Positions 15,200 through 29,568 of a DNA stretch of 64,000 nt are shown here, in pieces. The translations under genes and the position numbers were made by a program. How positions within the stretch are numbered: position 1 is the stretch's first letter; the number at the start of each line of letters is the position of its first letter. Under the pieces are notes generated by a model that did no database searches, had not been told where the DNA came from, and saw only the letters and a list, made by a program, of their open reading frames with translations. This DNA is from Eledone cirrhosa (Eukaryota): the NCBI GenBank assembly GCA_964016885.1, contig OZ024747.1, forward strand, positions 68,758,001 to 68,822,000, written 5' to 3'.

Positions 15200-15404
15200 T
15201 TAACCCTTTAATGTTCAAACCGGCCAGAACTCTCTACCTCTTTCCGTTGAAACTGGCTGTAACTGGTCGCTCAAACTGATGTTAAGGTATTGTTCTCAAA
15301 ATAAATACTTTCAAAATCTCATAGATTCGATGTTATGTGAGATGAAGCCTTTACCATGAAAATATAATAGTATATAGAGAGTAATGTGAATACTAAAGGG
15401 TTAA
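15200..15404. mobile_element. piggyBac-type MITE
   Basis: TTAA TSD, ccctt/aaggg termini, homologous to 12262. Confidence 0.85.
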
Positions 15405-15456
15405 TGTGTAAATGTACTCAGAAATATTTCATTTATATCTCCTTTCACATTTTCAG

Positions 15457-15579
15457 GTTTGATGAATATCATTATGATTTGGCCATTTGTTCTCTTATTT
15501 TATTTTACTAAAACTGAATTTGTTGACTGGTCAGATTTACCTTGGACACCAGTGTTTGCTTCAGCTATCTTCATTACAG
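15457..15579 (+). CDS. SLC35F3/F4-like exon (GLMNIIMIWPFVLLFYFTKTEFVDWSDLPWTPVFASAIFIT)
   Basis: tttcAG/GT boundaries, 123 bp phase 1-1; YFTK.E...D.PW motif of SLC35F3/4. Confidence 0.88.
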
Positions 15580-16927
15580 GTGGGTAATTACTATGGCTGC
15601 TTATTTAATTGTTAATCATGTAGTTGGTTGACTTCTACTAGAGAAAGACATCAGTGCATGCTTCTCTTCACCACCTACTAAATATAGTAATATATAGACT
15701 AATTGGACGTGAACATTCCACAGTTCTTGACAACTAAGACACAATAATTACTCTGACATATATTTGTACAGCCACTTGATGAAGTAATATATCACCTGTG
15801 GATGAACAGATGAGAAGGAAAATGGAATTATTTTATTTTCCTTCAGCACTTACTAATTAATAACATTTTAATCGTTTCACTGTTATATCAATATAATTAT
15901 TACATCATTGTCTTATTTGAATCATTATACTGCTAATTATCATTGTCATAATTCATATCATTAATTTAATACTGCTTTATATGCAATGTTTTTTAATTAT
16001 AGTTTTTCATGTTTTCCTTGTTTATTCATATTAAGTATCCTAACAACAGAATCAGTTAATGTCTTAACCCTAGAGTATGCAATATGGTTGGAAAGAGAGA
16101 GAGAGGGGAGTGTTTATCAGGGAGAAAATGATAACAGTGAAAGGCTGAAGAAGGGAATGCTATTTACTGATATATAATCAAATGTACACATGTAGACATG
16201 CCTATGTGATATACTGAGAACTGTGATAACTGTTAACTTGGGAGCATTATCAGAAGGGATATTGGTTCATGGGAGTGGGGGTGCTGGTTGTGGGTATGGT
16301 AAGCAGGGAAAGGCAAAGACTATCCATGACTAAATACTCATTGTGGTGAGTAAATCTATATCTTATTAAATGTTTGATTTTGTGCTCTTTAATTGTCATT
16401 GAATAAGCTAATCTAACTGAAACTTAAGTTTTTTGTAAAACGTTCAGATAAGCAGATGACGATTAATTGCACTAAAGCAGATGCGTCAAATTATTTATGT
16501 TTAAAAAAAAAACGGTTTTCTGGTTCAATAAAAAATAGTTTTTACCTTCCTCTCCTTACCACCACTTCCATTAACCAATATCTTTACTTATGATACCACC
16601 TAGTTAACAGCTACAGCAGTTCTGAACACATCACATATGCATGTCTATGTATATGTGTATGATTATATGTTAGTAAATAGCATTCCTTTCTTCTGCCTCT
16701 CACTGTTTTTACATTCTCTTTATCAAACACTCTTCTACATTAGCATGCAACAACCAAGATTGCTTCTTAAACTTGGATCACCAATGATCCGATTTGAGAT
16801 CACACTCTGGCCAGTTCAGCATTGTGGACCTGTTTGTTGATGTGTACACCTATGCAGTGAAGCACTTCAACATCTCGAAGCAAGCTCATCTTAACCTCAC
16901 CTGCTCCAAACTCTCAGTCCTCTACAC

Positions 16928-17096
16928 CAGGTATGTCAAATTGAGGGTCAACTCAAGAGCCACATGGGTCACATATGTGTTGTGTGAGGGTCACACACGA
17001 CAACTAATTTTACGAAGATAAAACATGCCAGTGCTGTAAAAACCTTTGTGCAGGCCACAGATGTTGTTGTAAAGGGCCGCATGTTTGACATGCCTG
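16928..17096. mobile_element. hAT (Charlie-like) MITE
   Basis: TIRs caggtatgtcaaa / tttgacatgcctg; imperfect 8-bp TSD ctctacac/atatacac. Confidence 0.7.
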
Positions 17097-17363
17097 ATAT
17101 ACACCCTTCAATACCATAATGACATTGTCATAAAACCAGAGCCATGATGGTATGCCACTCTCACTTTTATATATACTTCATTCATGTACAAAGCCTCAAA
17201 AGATTGCTGTAGGCCAATCAATCTATCAATGGCTCACTGTTTCTGAAGAGACTTTCAATTTTGTTTTCTATTTTCTTCTTTCTTATATTATTTTTCTAAT
17301 TCAAAACTAACTTATTGAATTTAAAAGAGAAATGAAGATTTTTGCTTTGTTATATATTTTTAG

Positions 17364-17453
17364 TACACCAGTTGGTATTTAATTATTCAGGATTCATTAC
17401 CATCAACTTCTTCTTGGAAACAACTCTTCTATTTGGTATTCCTCTGGGTGCAA
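17364..17453 (+). CDS. SLC35F3/F4-like exon (VHQLVFNYSGFITINFFLETTLLFGIPLGA)
   Basis: tttttAG/GTAAG, 90 bp phase 1-1, hydrophobic. Confidence 0.85.
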
Positions 17454-17889
17454 GTAAGCCTGATTTTATTCATCAAATCTTTTTCTATTAATCAATAATC
17501 AAACATTTTATTCATTACAGGTGAATTCCATGAAACTAACTTACACCTCTTTGCAATACTCCCATCATTTCTTGAAGACCTGCCACAGTATCAATATTTG
17601 GTTGGGTGTATTGTATCCGGGGTGAAAACCACACTGTTCATCAGTTAACCTTCATTCAATAATATGCCTACATCTCTTTGCCAGATACTTAACATAAACT
17701 GTACCAGGGAGGCTTAACAAAGATACCTCTATAATTAGACTAACCTGCGTTTCCATTTTTGAATATTGGGATTATCACTTGATAGGTTTGATGCCGAGTG
17801 CTGCATAGCTAGAATAAAAATCAGTGCTACGAAAACTTAGATATTCATCCTCTCAAGGAAGCCTGCACAATGCACTCGACATGTGAAAA

Positions 17890-18510
17890 GAGTTTCACTG
17901 AAGCAGATAGAGAATTTCAAGTATCTCAGGGCCATGTTCATGAATGATGGAAGGCAGGAAACTGAATTAATTTCAAGAATTGCAGGTGATGGTACAGTAT
18001 GCACCAGCTTCAGCATTCAGTAATCAGAAGGGTGGTAGGCATAAAAGCCAAACTTGCTATCTTCAATTCAGTATTCGAGCCAACCCTTACCTATGGTCAT
18101 GAATCTTCAGAAATGATCGAATGCATACGATCTCGAATACAAGTGGCCGGAATAGGATTCCTCTAAAGGGTCTTTGGAGTAACGTTATCAATAGAATGTG
18201 TAGCTCAGAGATCAGAGAGTCATTCCAGGTAGAGCTGCTACTTCTTTGAATTGAGAGATCACAGCTCCGATATTATGGGTATGGGGTTAGAATATCTCAT
18301 CAAAGAATCGCTGAACAGCTATTACAGCAAAACCAACTGCCAGAAGACCCAGGGGTAGACTCTGAGCAAGACAATTGGATAACATCTATGAGCTTGACTA
18401 GTCTTGCTTGGGAATCCAGCCAGATTAGTTGGAGACAGGACCCACTGGAAGGAGTGTTTGAGAACTTTTCCCTCACAACCCTCTCAGGAATAAGGGGGTG
18501 AAGAAGAAGG
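17890..18510 (+). mobile_element. Old RTE (BovB/Expander-like) RT C-terminal fragment
   Basis: FKYL, KAKLAIFNSVFEPTLTYGHES motifs with stops; 3' end recurs inverted near 38585-38770. Confidence 0.7.
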
Positions 18511-19129
18511 GATTATCAGTCCCAATTGTAATTGCTTTGGTGCCTTTTCTGAGATCTGGGCCATCTGGCGCTCATGAGTCAGCTACAGAATAGATTCTCT
18601 ATTTAAGGCTTTTAACATCTCAGGCTGAATTTCATTCCCCTCCCAGAGGCCATGCCACATTTGAGCTCTTTAATTGCTTTAATTTCATGGACCTCAGAAA
18701 GACATATAACTGCATTTCACAGAACTTGTTGGAGAAGGTTTTGCAGAAGCATGGGTTTGATGGACAACTTGTTGCCTTGAAGTTCCTAGTATTTGTGTTT
18801 GTATAAATGGTGCTAAGTTGAAACCATTCAATATTGATGTTGGGCTTTGTGATGGGTACATTCTGTCATCTCTCCTGTTCATAATCTTCATGAATAGGAT
18901 TAACATGCACAGCCATGTTAGGAGTGGTATCAAGAGTGGCAGGTAGAGGATCAGTCAGCTGGAATTTACAGACAACATGGTACTACTGAACTTGAAATTC
19001 TGTAACCTTGACTCTGAGCTATTTATGACATAACACTGCCTGCCTATTGACCATCGATTTCCTCCAGCTGTGTATGGTCTGTCACTCCATCCCCACTTTC
19101 CATTATACAATTCTATGAAACTGATTTAA

Positions 19130-19440
19130 GCACAAGGCTAGCAATTTTGGTGGGGGAGGAAATTGATTAAATCGATCCCAGTGCATTACTGGTACTTTAT
19201 TTTATTGACCCCAGTAAGGATGAAAGGCAAAGTTAACCTCGGCAGGATTTGAACTCAGAATGTAGAAAGTCATAACTAAATACTGCAAAGCATGTTCGAC
19301 ACTACCGATACTGCCACTCCAATCTATACTATGAAAATAATTGTTTCTACTTTTGGCACAAGGCCAGCAATTATCCCAGTGCATTACTGGTACTTTATTT
19401 TATCGACCGCATAAGGATGAAAGGCAAAGTTAACCTATTC
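19130..19440 (-). mobile_element. SINE family A, one copy plus a partial copy
   Basis: ggatgaaaggcaaagttaacctcggcaggatttgaactcag. Confidence 0.85.
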
Positions 19441-19686
19441 TATGAAAATAATGTAAAGTGAATATATGAGTTTTTTTTAGTATGTGTGTGTGGGGGGGGG
19501 GGGGGGGGCACACACAGACTATTTTATAATGTAATTGCAATTTCAGCACACAGCTTCAAATCTAATCAGTTGCCAAACAAGTACAATTCCAATATATATT
19601 GAGATTAATAACAATTATTTTGTATCAAATATTTTGTTTGTAATTCTTCTAAAAGATTTTTTTTCTCAATTTATATATTCTATTAG

Positions 19687-19907
19687 TTGCTGACATTGTA
19701 TGGAGAAATACTCAGTTTTCAGGAATGAAAATAACTGCAGTGGTTTTAATTGAAGTTGGACTTTTACTCACAATCTTACCTGAAGGTTGGCATCATTATG
19801 TAAGTCGTGCTTTTAGATTCATCAAAGAATTAATAATTAAACCACCACCTGAAGAAGATATCACACCACCGACATCGAGATTTGAGTGGAGGAACTCTAT
19901 CAACTAA
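19687..19907 (+). CDS. SLC35F3/F4-like terminal coding exon (IADIVWRNTQFSGMKITAVVLIEVGLLLTILPEGW...RNSIN*)
   Basis: AG acceptor at 19685-19686, in frame with prior exons; F.G....A...I..G.LL..LPE.W motif; AATAAA at 20127-20132. Confidence 0.88.
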
Positions 19908-20197
19908 ATATTTTTGAAGGACATTTTATACAAAAATAATGACAGTGGACACAATCCTTGTTGTGCATTCATTTACACAACATTTCTCTTGCTTGCTTCT
20001 TTCTTTTTTTTAATTTCTCTTTGAAGCATGACTGGTTTATTTATTACTTGAGAATTCTGAAATATCATTCATAATAGATACTTAAATGAAATGTTTGACA
20101 ATCACAAGACTTAAAATGAATTAAATAATAAATTAAGTCTATTCATATTATACAGCATGCATTTAAACCTCATTATATCATGTACGGTAATGGTGAT

Positions 20198-20385
20198 GGC
20201 GGTGGATTGGCAGTATCGGTAGAGGGTCGGACGCCATGCTTTGAAGCATAGAGTTACCTCCCTTTATGATCTGAGTTCAAATCCTGCCGAGATTAACTTT
20301 GCCTTTCCTCTTTACGGGGTCAATAAAATAAAGTACCAGTAATGTACTGGGTAATTGCTGGCCTTGTGCCAAAAGTAGAAACAAT
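20198..20385 (+). mobile_element. SINE family A, sense copy
   Basis: A box tggcagtatcgg, B box gagttcaaatcc, central tttgcctttcctc..ggggtcaataaaataaagtaccag; other copies near 20850, 36415, 38350. Confidence 0.85.
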
Positions 20386-20481
20386 TATATCATGTATGGT
20401 GAATTATTTCACTCAAATACAAATGTATACATAAAACAAACCTCACTATGATGTATATGTATTTAAAAACAAAATATATTT

Positions 20482-20562
<81 letters not shown>

Positions 20563-21329
20563 TGCTGGCATGATTTCTACACCTGAATGGTCTTACTAAT
20601 CTTATTGTGGCACCAGTACTAGAGAGATGGTCAGAACCTTGACAAGATACAAGGGTCTTCTTTACTCTCTATTGACTCTTTTCAAATTCAGCCTGTCCTG
20701 TTCATGCATGGTCCCATAACTCCTGAGGAGTTGTAGGGGTGCCATGTTGACAAACAACGTTTCTAGGGCATTATTTAAACATGGCAGAGCCCATCTCCTC
20801 TTCATGTCTGAATGCAGCAGATTTCTTCCTGAGAGAGGAAGAATCAACCTCAGTATTAGACTGGTACTTTTTTATCTACCTTGAATGGATGAAAGGCAAA
20901 GTTGATCTTGGCGGGATTTAAACTCAGAGAGTGGAAACGAATACCATTAAGCAATCTATCTGATGTTTTAATGACTCTGCCAATTAGCCACCTATTCTGT
21001 TCACAGCAGGATAAAAGGAGACATTTCCACACCATGCAGCCTCTGAACTTTCATCACATTTGCATTTAGCATCACTATAATTGTGCTTGTGAGTGGGTCT
21101 TTCTTATTATGGCATATCATCATGATTCTGTGTCATATCCTTCGTGAGGTTCAGTTTTTTGAGGTCATTATTCACAACCTCGTCTCATGTCTTCCTTGGT
21201 CTCTCTCTTCCACAGATTCCATCCACTTCTTTATACAATGGCTTTCTGTATACATCACATGTCCAGTGCAACCGTGTCTCTTGCACACTACATCTCCTTC
21301 CTCTCATATTCAATTTTTCTCTCAGTCTT

Positions 21330-21545
21330 CATGCATTCTCACATTACACATTTAGTGGAGCATACATGCATTCTCACATTACACATTTAGTGGAGCATAC
21401 ATGCATTATCACATTACTCATTTAGTGGAGCATACATGCATTCTCACATTACACATTTAGTGGAGCATACATGCATTCTCACATTACACATTTAGTGGAG
21501 CATACATGCATTCTCACATTACACATTTAGTGGAGCATACATGCT
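21330..21545. repeat. 35-bp minisatellite, ~6 copies
   Basis: catacatgcattctcacattacacatttagtggag. Confidence 0.95.
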
Positions 21546-21665
21546 TCATTATTTTCCTGTTGATATGATTATATGTGTGTGTATAAGTGTATATGTGTGT
21601 GTATATTTCTGTAGTTGTGTGTATGGGTGAGTGTATATATAATTAAATAATATATATATACACAC

Positions 21666-21702
<37 letters not shown>

Positions 21703-22077
21703 CACTCACACACACACACATACACATATATATATATATAACGAAGGAGTTGTGGTAAGGAACCAGATGGACCATAAATAAGGACCCAGAAATAGCCGTA
21801 GAAACGGCTTGAGCTCTGCCGTCGGGGTCATACTTTTTCCTATATATATATATATATAATATATAAGAAGTTGAAAATGTAATTAGAGTTTTTAAGAAGG
21901 TTAAATTATTGTAAATAAAACTTCTTAAAGACTCCAGTTTCATTTTTCAACTTCTTTTTTCTATATTTTTACCAGTGTGGGATATATTAAAAAACCTTAT
22001 TTTCGAATATATATATACATATATATACATATATATATACATTTATATACATATATATATACATATATATATACATA

Positions 22078-22325
22078 GTGAAGGCGCATGGCTTAGTGGT
22101 TAGAGCATTGGGCTTGCAATCGAAAGGTTGTGAGTTCAATTCTCGGACCGGGCGATGTGTTGTTTCCTTGAGCAAGACACTTTATTTCACATTGCTCCAG
22201 TTTACTCAGCTGTAGAAATGAGATACCGACCTGCCCGCCCAGCCAGTGAGATGGCGTTATCTTATGGCTAAAACAGCACGACGTGCTGTGACCAGTGGCG
22301 CCCGACAGACTGGTCGGTCAAGGTG
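22078..22325 (+). mobile_element. tRNA-derived CORE-like SINE (family B)
   Basis: A box tggcttagtgg, B box gagttcaattc, ccttgagcaagacacttt; related copies near 31180, 33812, 53420. Confidence 0.8.
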
Positions 22326-22427
<102 letters not shown>

Positions 22428-22989
22428 ATATATATATATTCTGGAATAGAGAAATATCTAATGGTAATCAAATTGTAGACCTGAAAAAAAACAATAATAT
22501 TCAAATGTTTGCTTTGTTTTCAATTCTTTTTTGTTTTGTTTATCAGAGAAATGTTACATTTTAAAATCAAAATATTTGAAGTGCAATTTTAAAAAATAAA
22601 ATACCAAGAAATAATGTATTGTTTAACAATCTTTCTTTACAATTATTAGAATCTTTCATTACAAGATTATTTCAGACATTCTCTAAGGCCATCTGTTTTC
22701 TGTAAAGTAACTAGCTGTTATTATAAATATGCTGTCTTTTGGTCCTAGCTTCAGACATTCTCTGCCACATCACCTGTTTGACAACAATCTTTTACATAAT
22801 GATTTACCACTACTACTACTACTTCTGTTGGCAACTCAACCACTGTCTGACTACAAACTTGTTACCTTTTAAGGGAACATCCCAAGGTAAATAAAGTGAC
22901 TGCTTGCACAACACAGAGGCCTTATTGAACATTATAATCATCGATAATATTTTTTCCTTTAGTGAGGTGAAGTAAAACTATGTATAATT

Positions 22990-23175
22990 ATTTCTACTTT
23001 TGGCACAAGGCCAGCAATTACTTCAGTGTATTACTGGTACTTTATTTTATCGACCCTGTAAGGATGAAAGGCAAAGCTAACCTTGGCGAGATTTGAACTC
23101 TGAATGTAAAGGACCATAACTCTATGCTGCAAAGCATGGTGTCTGGCGCTCTACCGATTGTACCAAACCACCGCT
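22990..23175 (-). mobile_element. SINE family A
   Basis: homology to 20198-20385. Confidence 0.85.
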
Positions 23176-23732
23176 ATATATAATAAACCAGAATTGTTAT
23201 ATTTGTTATGGTCATCTCTTCTTCCACAACTAATAAACTTCACTTCACATATATACGATTTGAGCTGAAATGACTCAGTTTTTATCGCAAAAGCTAAAAC
23301 ATATATGGAGATTCAAATACCCAGTATGAGAGCTTAGCTTTAATGAACTAGTAAGACATATCATTAAATGTAAATTGATTCATATAACTGAAATGACTGA
23401 TTCAATGCTGGCTAACTCCTATAAGTAAGACAACAAACAGTGATACACATTATAATACTATCATTAAATCAAACAGTGATGAACAGGCAGACAGCTGAAC
23501 CATTAAAGTTAGAAACAAGCAAGAAATATGTTCTCTCTTGATCTCGACCATTTACAGTTTATCTGAAATTCACAAGCACAATATCTAGAACTTGAAAAAT
23601 CTATAACAACTTCTTAAAAGTTAATGGATGAATAATTACACTAAGATCAATGAAAAGACTCTTATCTTTACAACCTAGCCATGTAGCAGGTGGCCACTCA
23701 AAATAAACTTGAAATTAAGAATATGAAAAGCA

Positions 23733-24205
23733 CATACATATGTATCATCATCATCATCATTTTACATCCGCTTTTCCTTGCTTGCAAGGGTGGGACGGGC
23801 CCTATTCAGCACAGCATCTCTCCACTTATCACGTTCCTTTGTCATCTCCTCTGTGACCTTCAGCGATCTGAGGTCTGCGCTCACCACCTCCGCCCATGTT
23901 TTTCATGGCCTTTCTGTACGTCTTCCTTCAACTGGGATTTCTTGGCACTTCTTTACCCAGCGGTCATCCTCCATGTGCATTACATGTCCATACTATTGCA
24001 GTATCCTCTCTCCCACACTACAATTTATCCCTCTCAGACACAGTTTCTCTCTCAACATATCCATGCTCGGTCGTTCACGCACATTGACATTGCATATCCA
24101 ACGGAGCATGCTTGCCTCATTTCTCTCCAGCTGTCACATATCCTCTGCAGTTGTTGCCCATGTCTCACTACCATGCAGCATCGCGCTCCTCACACAGGCA
24201 TCATA
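23733..24205 (-). mobile_element. RTE LINE 3' fragment
   Basis: homologous to 86-520. Confidence 0.85.
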
Positions 24206-24551
24206 TGAATATATATATATGAATATATATATATATACACACACACATACACACAGCCCTAACATGGTTAGTGTTATTGCTGTTGATGCAGTTCTCATTT
24301 GTTGTGCTCATAGTCTTTGGCAGTAGTATATATATTGGTTGGATGAGAACAAAAATGGCTTATATATACAAACTTATATGCAAACACTTTCAATGACGTA
24401 TACATATAAATGTTATATGCAAACACATTCAACACAATTTATATCACATACAAATCACATACATATATATATATATACAAATCTCATATATATATATAAA
24501 TAATTCAAAATATTAACAAATGAAAAATATTCTCATAATCAAAATATATAC

Positions 24552-24611
24552 TTTATTATATATATTTCAAAGGTACTGTGTTGTTTTTTCAGTACGTCCT
24601 CATCAGACAAA
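24552..24611 (-). ncRNA. Minimal type-I hammerhead (family of 50651/55711)
   Basis: uuugu CUGAUGA ggacguacug..caguaccuuu GAAA uauaua UA auaaa. Confidence 0.65.
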
Positions 24612-25099
24612 AAATATGATTTGATATATGACATACCACTACGGTCTTGATGATTCAATTCCAGTATTGGCAGTGATTTATTTCATCAAATCTCAATGTT
24701 TATATACCACAAATAATATGATAAACTTAAAGAAGAAAAGGACGTAGAGGAAATTAAAAATATGAGAGAGATATTAAAAACTGCAGGAAAACTTTCTTGT
24801 TGAGTGCTTCTAATCTATTGTAAAATTGTATTCATTGAGTAAACAACGAACGATACTAATCTTTGGTTTTATATATATATATATATACAACCGAAAAAGT
24901 TTGGAGACATAAATATATGATAAAACACAAATACCAACATATAAGTGTTTGTATTATAAATGACTAAGTTAGCTAGATTGAAAAATACTAATTATAATAA
25001 TACAGTTTGCCTGTCTCGATTTAAAATAATAAATCAATAAAAACAAACGATATTGGCAAATGGCCGTGGTACTTAGACAAATTTAAATTTCAAAATCAA

Positions 25100-26218
25100 A
25101 CCTGTTCCATACACATAAGATAGGGAAAGCCACCTCATGGTACGACAACCAGAGATACCAGAGTGTCATGTTTGTGGACACTACCCCTGGAGGGAAATTA
25201 GCTAACCAGTGTAGAAAGGCCCTGAGAAAGACCCACTTAAAAATTAAGGTGGTAGAAAAGCCAGGAACCACCATGAAATCCCTGATCAGCAAAACATACC
25301 CCTTTAAGAAAACCCACTGTACCAATAGGAAATGTATCATATGTAAGGTAAACCCCCGGATAAACTGTAAAACTAGAAACGTAGTCTATAGCATAAGATG
25401 TACAGAGGATACTTGCAGAAACATGACAACAACATACATAGGTGAGACAGCTCGTAGCATAGGTGAAAGGATAGACCAACACTGGGGGGAACTAAAAGGA
25501 CGAAAAAACGGGTCAGTACTATACGAACACGCCAGACAACAACATGAGAGTAACATAGACAACATAGAAATTAGAATAATATCTAAACATAGAAATGACC
25601 CAGCAGATAGGCAAATCAGAGAGGCAAGTGAAATAGAGCTTAGAAAGCCAAAGCTAAACAGAAAGAATGAATGGAATAACAACAACACCCAAACAAACAA
25701 CACTGACCTAAGAGAAGTATAAATAAGTAAATAAAATAAAATAAAATAAAATAAAATAAATAAGTAAATAAATAAATACATACACAAGCACAATAACAAC
25801 AAACACATAAACACACATTAGTCACCCAATCACGAACACACATCACACATCAAACAAAACACTATACACACACGCAAACGCATGCGCAAAGAAGACAAAA
25901 TAAAATAAACAAACAAGCAAATAAATAAATAAATATATAGACAGACTAAATAAAAATGGCGTAGCCATACAATTCAACAGGAGGAAACAATAGAACCACT
26001 GACGATGTTGCAGATGTGCAACGAAAGATTTATGATAAACTATATATATGTGTTTGTGTCGATATTGTATCTGTATTATTTTTGACCGTCGGTCAGTCAA
26101 TGGCAACCGATATAAAAGACACAGAAGCGAAAAGCGAAAACCAACCAAACAGTGAGTGTGTTCTGTTATTAATTCTGGCAATATTACACAAATATGACCC
26201 TCCCCAAGTATAACAACA
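25100..26218 (+). mobile_element. 5'-truncated Penelope-like element (Neptune-like) with GIY-YIG ORF and HHR-bearing 3' end
   Basis: ORF 25168-25722: Cys knuckle, NVVYSIRC..YIGETARSIGER..H; ends in (TA)n. Confidence 0.88.
25995..26036 (+). ncRNA. Minimal type-I hammerhead in PLE 3' end
   Basis: acca CUGACGA u guugca gaug ugcaac GAAA gauu UA ugau; same strand as the ORF. Confidence 0.7.
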
Positions 26219-26341
26219 TATATATATATGTATATATATACGTATATATATATATATGTATATATATACATATATATATATATACATATATATATATACA
26301 TGTATATATATACATGTATATATATACATATATATATATAC

Positions 26342-26404
<63 letters not shown>

Positions 26405-26479
26405 TACATATACATATATATATACATATACATATACATATATATATACATATACATATACATATATATATACATATAC

Positions 26480-26537
<58 letters not shown>

Positions 26538-26937
26538 GTGTGTATATATATATGTGTGTATATATATATATATATGTGTGTATATATATATATGTGTGTG
26601 TATATATATATATATATATATGTGCATATATATATATGTATATATGTGTATATATATATATGTATATATGTGTATATATGTGTATATGTATATATATATG
26701 TATATGTGTATATATGTGTATATATATATATGTATATATATATGTATATATATATATGTGTATATATATATATGTATATATATATGTATATATATATGTA
26801 TACTAAGGTTAATAGGAGTTAGGTATTATATACCCGTGTCCCGTTAAGGTATTGGCAGCATAATAATTAGCTCTATGCTTTGGAGCAGAGCCGTATATAT
26901 GAAAAAGAACACAAGAGCGTCTACAACATCGAAAAAT

Positions 26938-26999
26938 TTTTATTGGCTAACAATGTTTCTTCCTTACGTGTAACCGTAGGATTCATCAGAGCTATAAAA
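26938..26999 (-). ncRNA. Type-I hammerhead (left arm)
   Basis: reverse complement of 28603-28664. Confidence 0.7.
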
Positions 27000-28602
27000 G
27001 CGGTTTGATTGGTGTTATGGACTCTACCAACCAAACACCCAAGAACAAAGAGTAAAGAGAGTAAAGAGCAAAAGTAGGGGACGATAAGTCTAATTTTGGT
27101 GCGGGAGGGTGGGGTGTTGGTCCTTGTTTACTAGCTGCGGTCATATTCATTCCCGGGAGTCGGGTGGTTAGCTGAACCATAGATGGGGTGGCGTCGATAG
27201 TATGGTGCAGAGGGTGCGCAGAGGCTACACAAACACAAAGGGCGTAGAATACATATATACATATAGCGGAGGAGAAGGTACATGAGGTAATTAGAAATGG
27301 AAAAAGAGTAATAATAATAATCTATAATTAATAGTGTATAATAAGAAATGGGGAAGATTACACTATAATAAGGTATAAAGGTAAGAATAAGGTAAAATAT
27401 AAAGGAGGATAAAAGTGGAAATAATAAAGATAAAAAAATATATATAGAGAATATATAAGGAAATATAAGCAAATATTTGGAGGGGAAAACACAATGTAAA
27501 AAAACCGATTTTTTTCAAACAATAATAAAAATATAATAATTATGGGGGGAGAAAACAGGATAGAGAAATATGATCAAGTGTGATTAGTTGAGAGAATATA
27601 AGATGATAATAGTTATGTCCAGTTTATACATCTTAATAATAAATAATAAACAATATGTGTATCAGAGTTGCAGAACCTTCAATTCACTTACGGGTTCAAG
27701 CCACGTGGCATGGTCCATTGTTTATCTGTGCGGTCATGTGCGTTTGTTTTTGACACCACAGCAGATGCAGATAGAAATCAATTGATTTCTATCTGCAATT
27801 GATTTCTATCTGCATTGGAATTTACAAACTTGTGCATCTGCTGTGGTGTCAAAAACAAACGCACATGACCGCACAGATAAACAATGGACCATGCCACGTG
27901 GCTTGAACCCGTAAGTGAATTGAAGGTTCTGCAACTCTGATACACATATTGTTTATTATTTATTATTAAGATGTATAAACTGGACATAACTATTATCATC
28001 TTATATTCTCTCAACTAATCACACTTGATCATATTTCTCTATCCTGTTTTCTCCCCCCATAATTATTATATTTTTATTATTGTTTGAAAAAAATCGGTTT
28101 TTTTACATTGTGTTTTCCCCTCCAAATATTTGCTTATATTTCCTTATATATTCTCTATATATATTTTTTTATCTTTATTATTTCCACTTTTATCCTCCTT
28201 TATATTTTACCTTATTCTTCCCTTTATACCTTATTATAGTGTAATCTTCCCCATTTCTTATTATACACTATTAATTATAGATTATTATTATTACTCTTTA
28301 TCCATTTCTAATTACCTCATGTACCTTCTCCTCCGCTATATGTATATATGTATTCTACGCCCTTTGTGTTTGTGTAGCCTCTGCGCACCCTCTGCACCAT
28401 ACTATCGACACCACCCCATCTATGGTTCAGCTAACCACCCGACTCCCGGGAATGAATATGACCGCAGCTAGTAGACAAGGACCAACACCCCACCCTCCCG
28501 CACCAAAATTAGACTTATCGTCCCCTACTTTTGCTCTTTACTCTCTATACTCTTTGTTCTTGGGTGTTTGGTTGGTAGAGTCCATAACACCAATCAAACC
28601 GC

Positions 28603-28664
28603 TTTTATAGCTCTGATGAATCCTACGGTTACACGTAAGGAAGAAACATTGTTAGCCAATAAAA
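28603..28664 (+). ncRNA. Type-I hammerhead (right arm)
   Basis: uuuuauagcu CUGAUGA a uccuacg guuaca cguaagga a GAAA cauug UU agccaauaaaa. Confidence 0.7.
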
Positions 28665-28808
28665 ATCTTTTGATGTTGTAGACGCTCTTGTGTTCTTTTT
28701 CATATATACATGTATATGTATATATATATGTATATGTATATATATATGTATATGTATGTGTATATATATATGTATATATATATATGTATATATATATGTA
28801 TATATATG

Positions 28809-28881
<73 letters not shown>

Positions 28882-29014
28882 GTATATATATATATGTATA
28901 TATATATGTATATATATATGTATATATATATGTACATATATATGTATGTATATATATGTATATGTATATATATATATATGTATGTATATGTATATATATA
29001 TATGTATATATATG

Positions 29015-29059
<45 letters not shown>

Positions 29060-29094
29060 GTATATGTATATATATATATATGTATATATATATG

Positions 29095-29129
<35 letters not shown>

Positions 29130-29142
29130 GTATATATATATG

Positions 29143-29196
<54 letters not shown>

Positions 29197-29197
29197 C

Positions 29198-29228
<31 letters not shown>

Positions 29229-29229
29229 C

Positions 29230-29274
<45 letters not shown>

Positions 29275-29289
29275 CATATATATATATAC

Positions 29290-29340
<51 letters not shown>

Positions 29341-29568
29341 CATATATATATATACATATATATACATATACATATATATATATACAAATATATATATATA
29401 CATATATATATATATACATAGATTTTGAGTTTATGTTGGTTGTATACCAACACCTCAGTATGCAGGCTGGAGCACTCGACGAAGTGCGCAGGTTGGTTTG
29501 GTTACTCCGGAGTAGTGTAAAATAAAGTTAAATAAAAGTCAAATGATTAAAATTTAGCTTCGTTTATT

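Larger units (their letters stand above)
26893..28709. mobile_element. Head-to-head inverted duplication (877-bp arms 26893-27769 / 27833-28709) of a probable PLE 3' end
   Basis: arms reverse-complementary with few mismatches; HHR near each outer end; ..TMPRGLNP* relic at inner end. Confidence 0.85.

Noticed and set aside
22078-22150. tRNA gene
   Set aside because: A/B boxes continue into a SINE body; no full cloverleaf
27131-28610. Mirror-image ORF pairs (113 aa, 62 aa)
   Set aside because: By-product of the inverted duplication; low complexity, no domain
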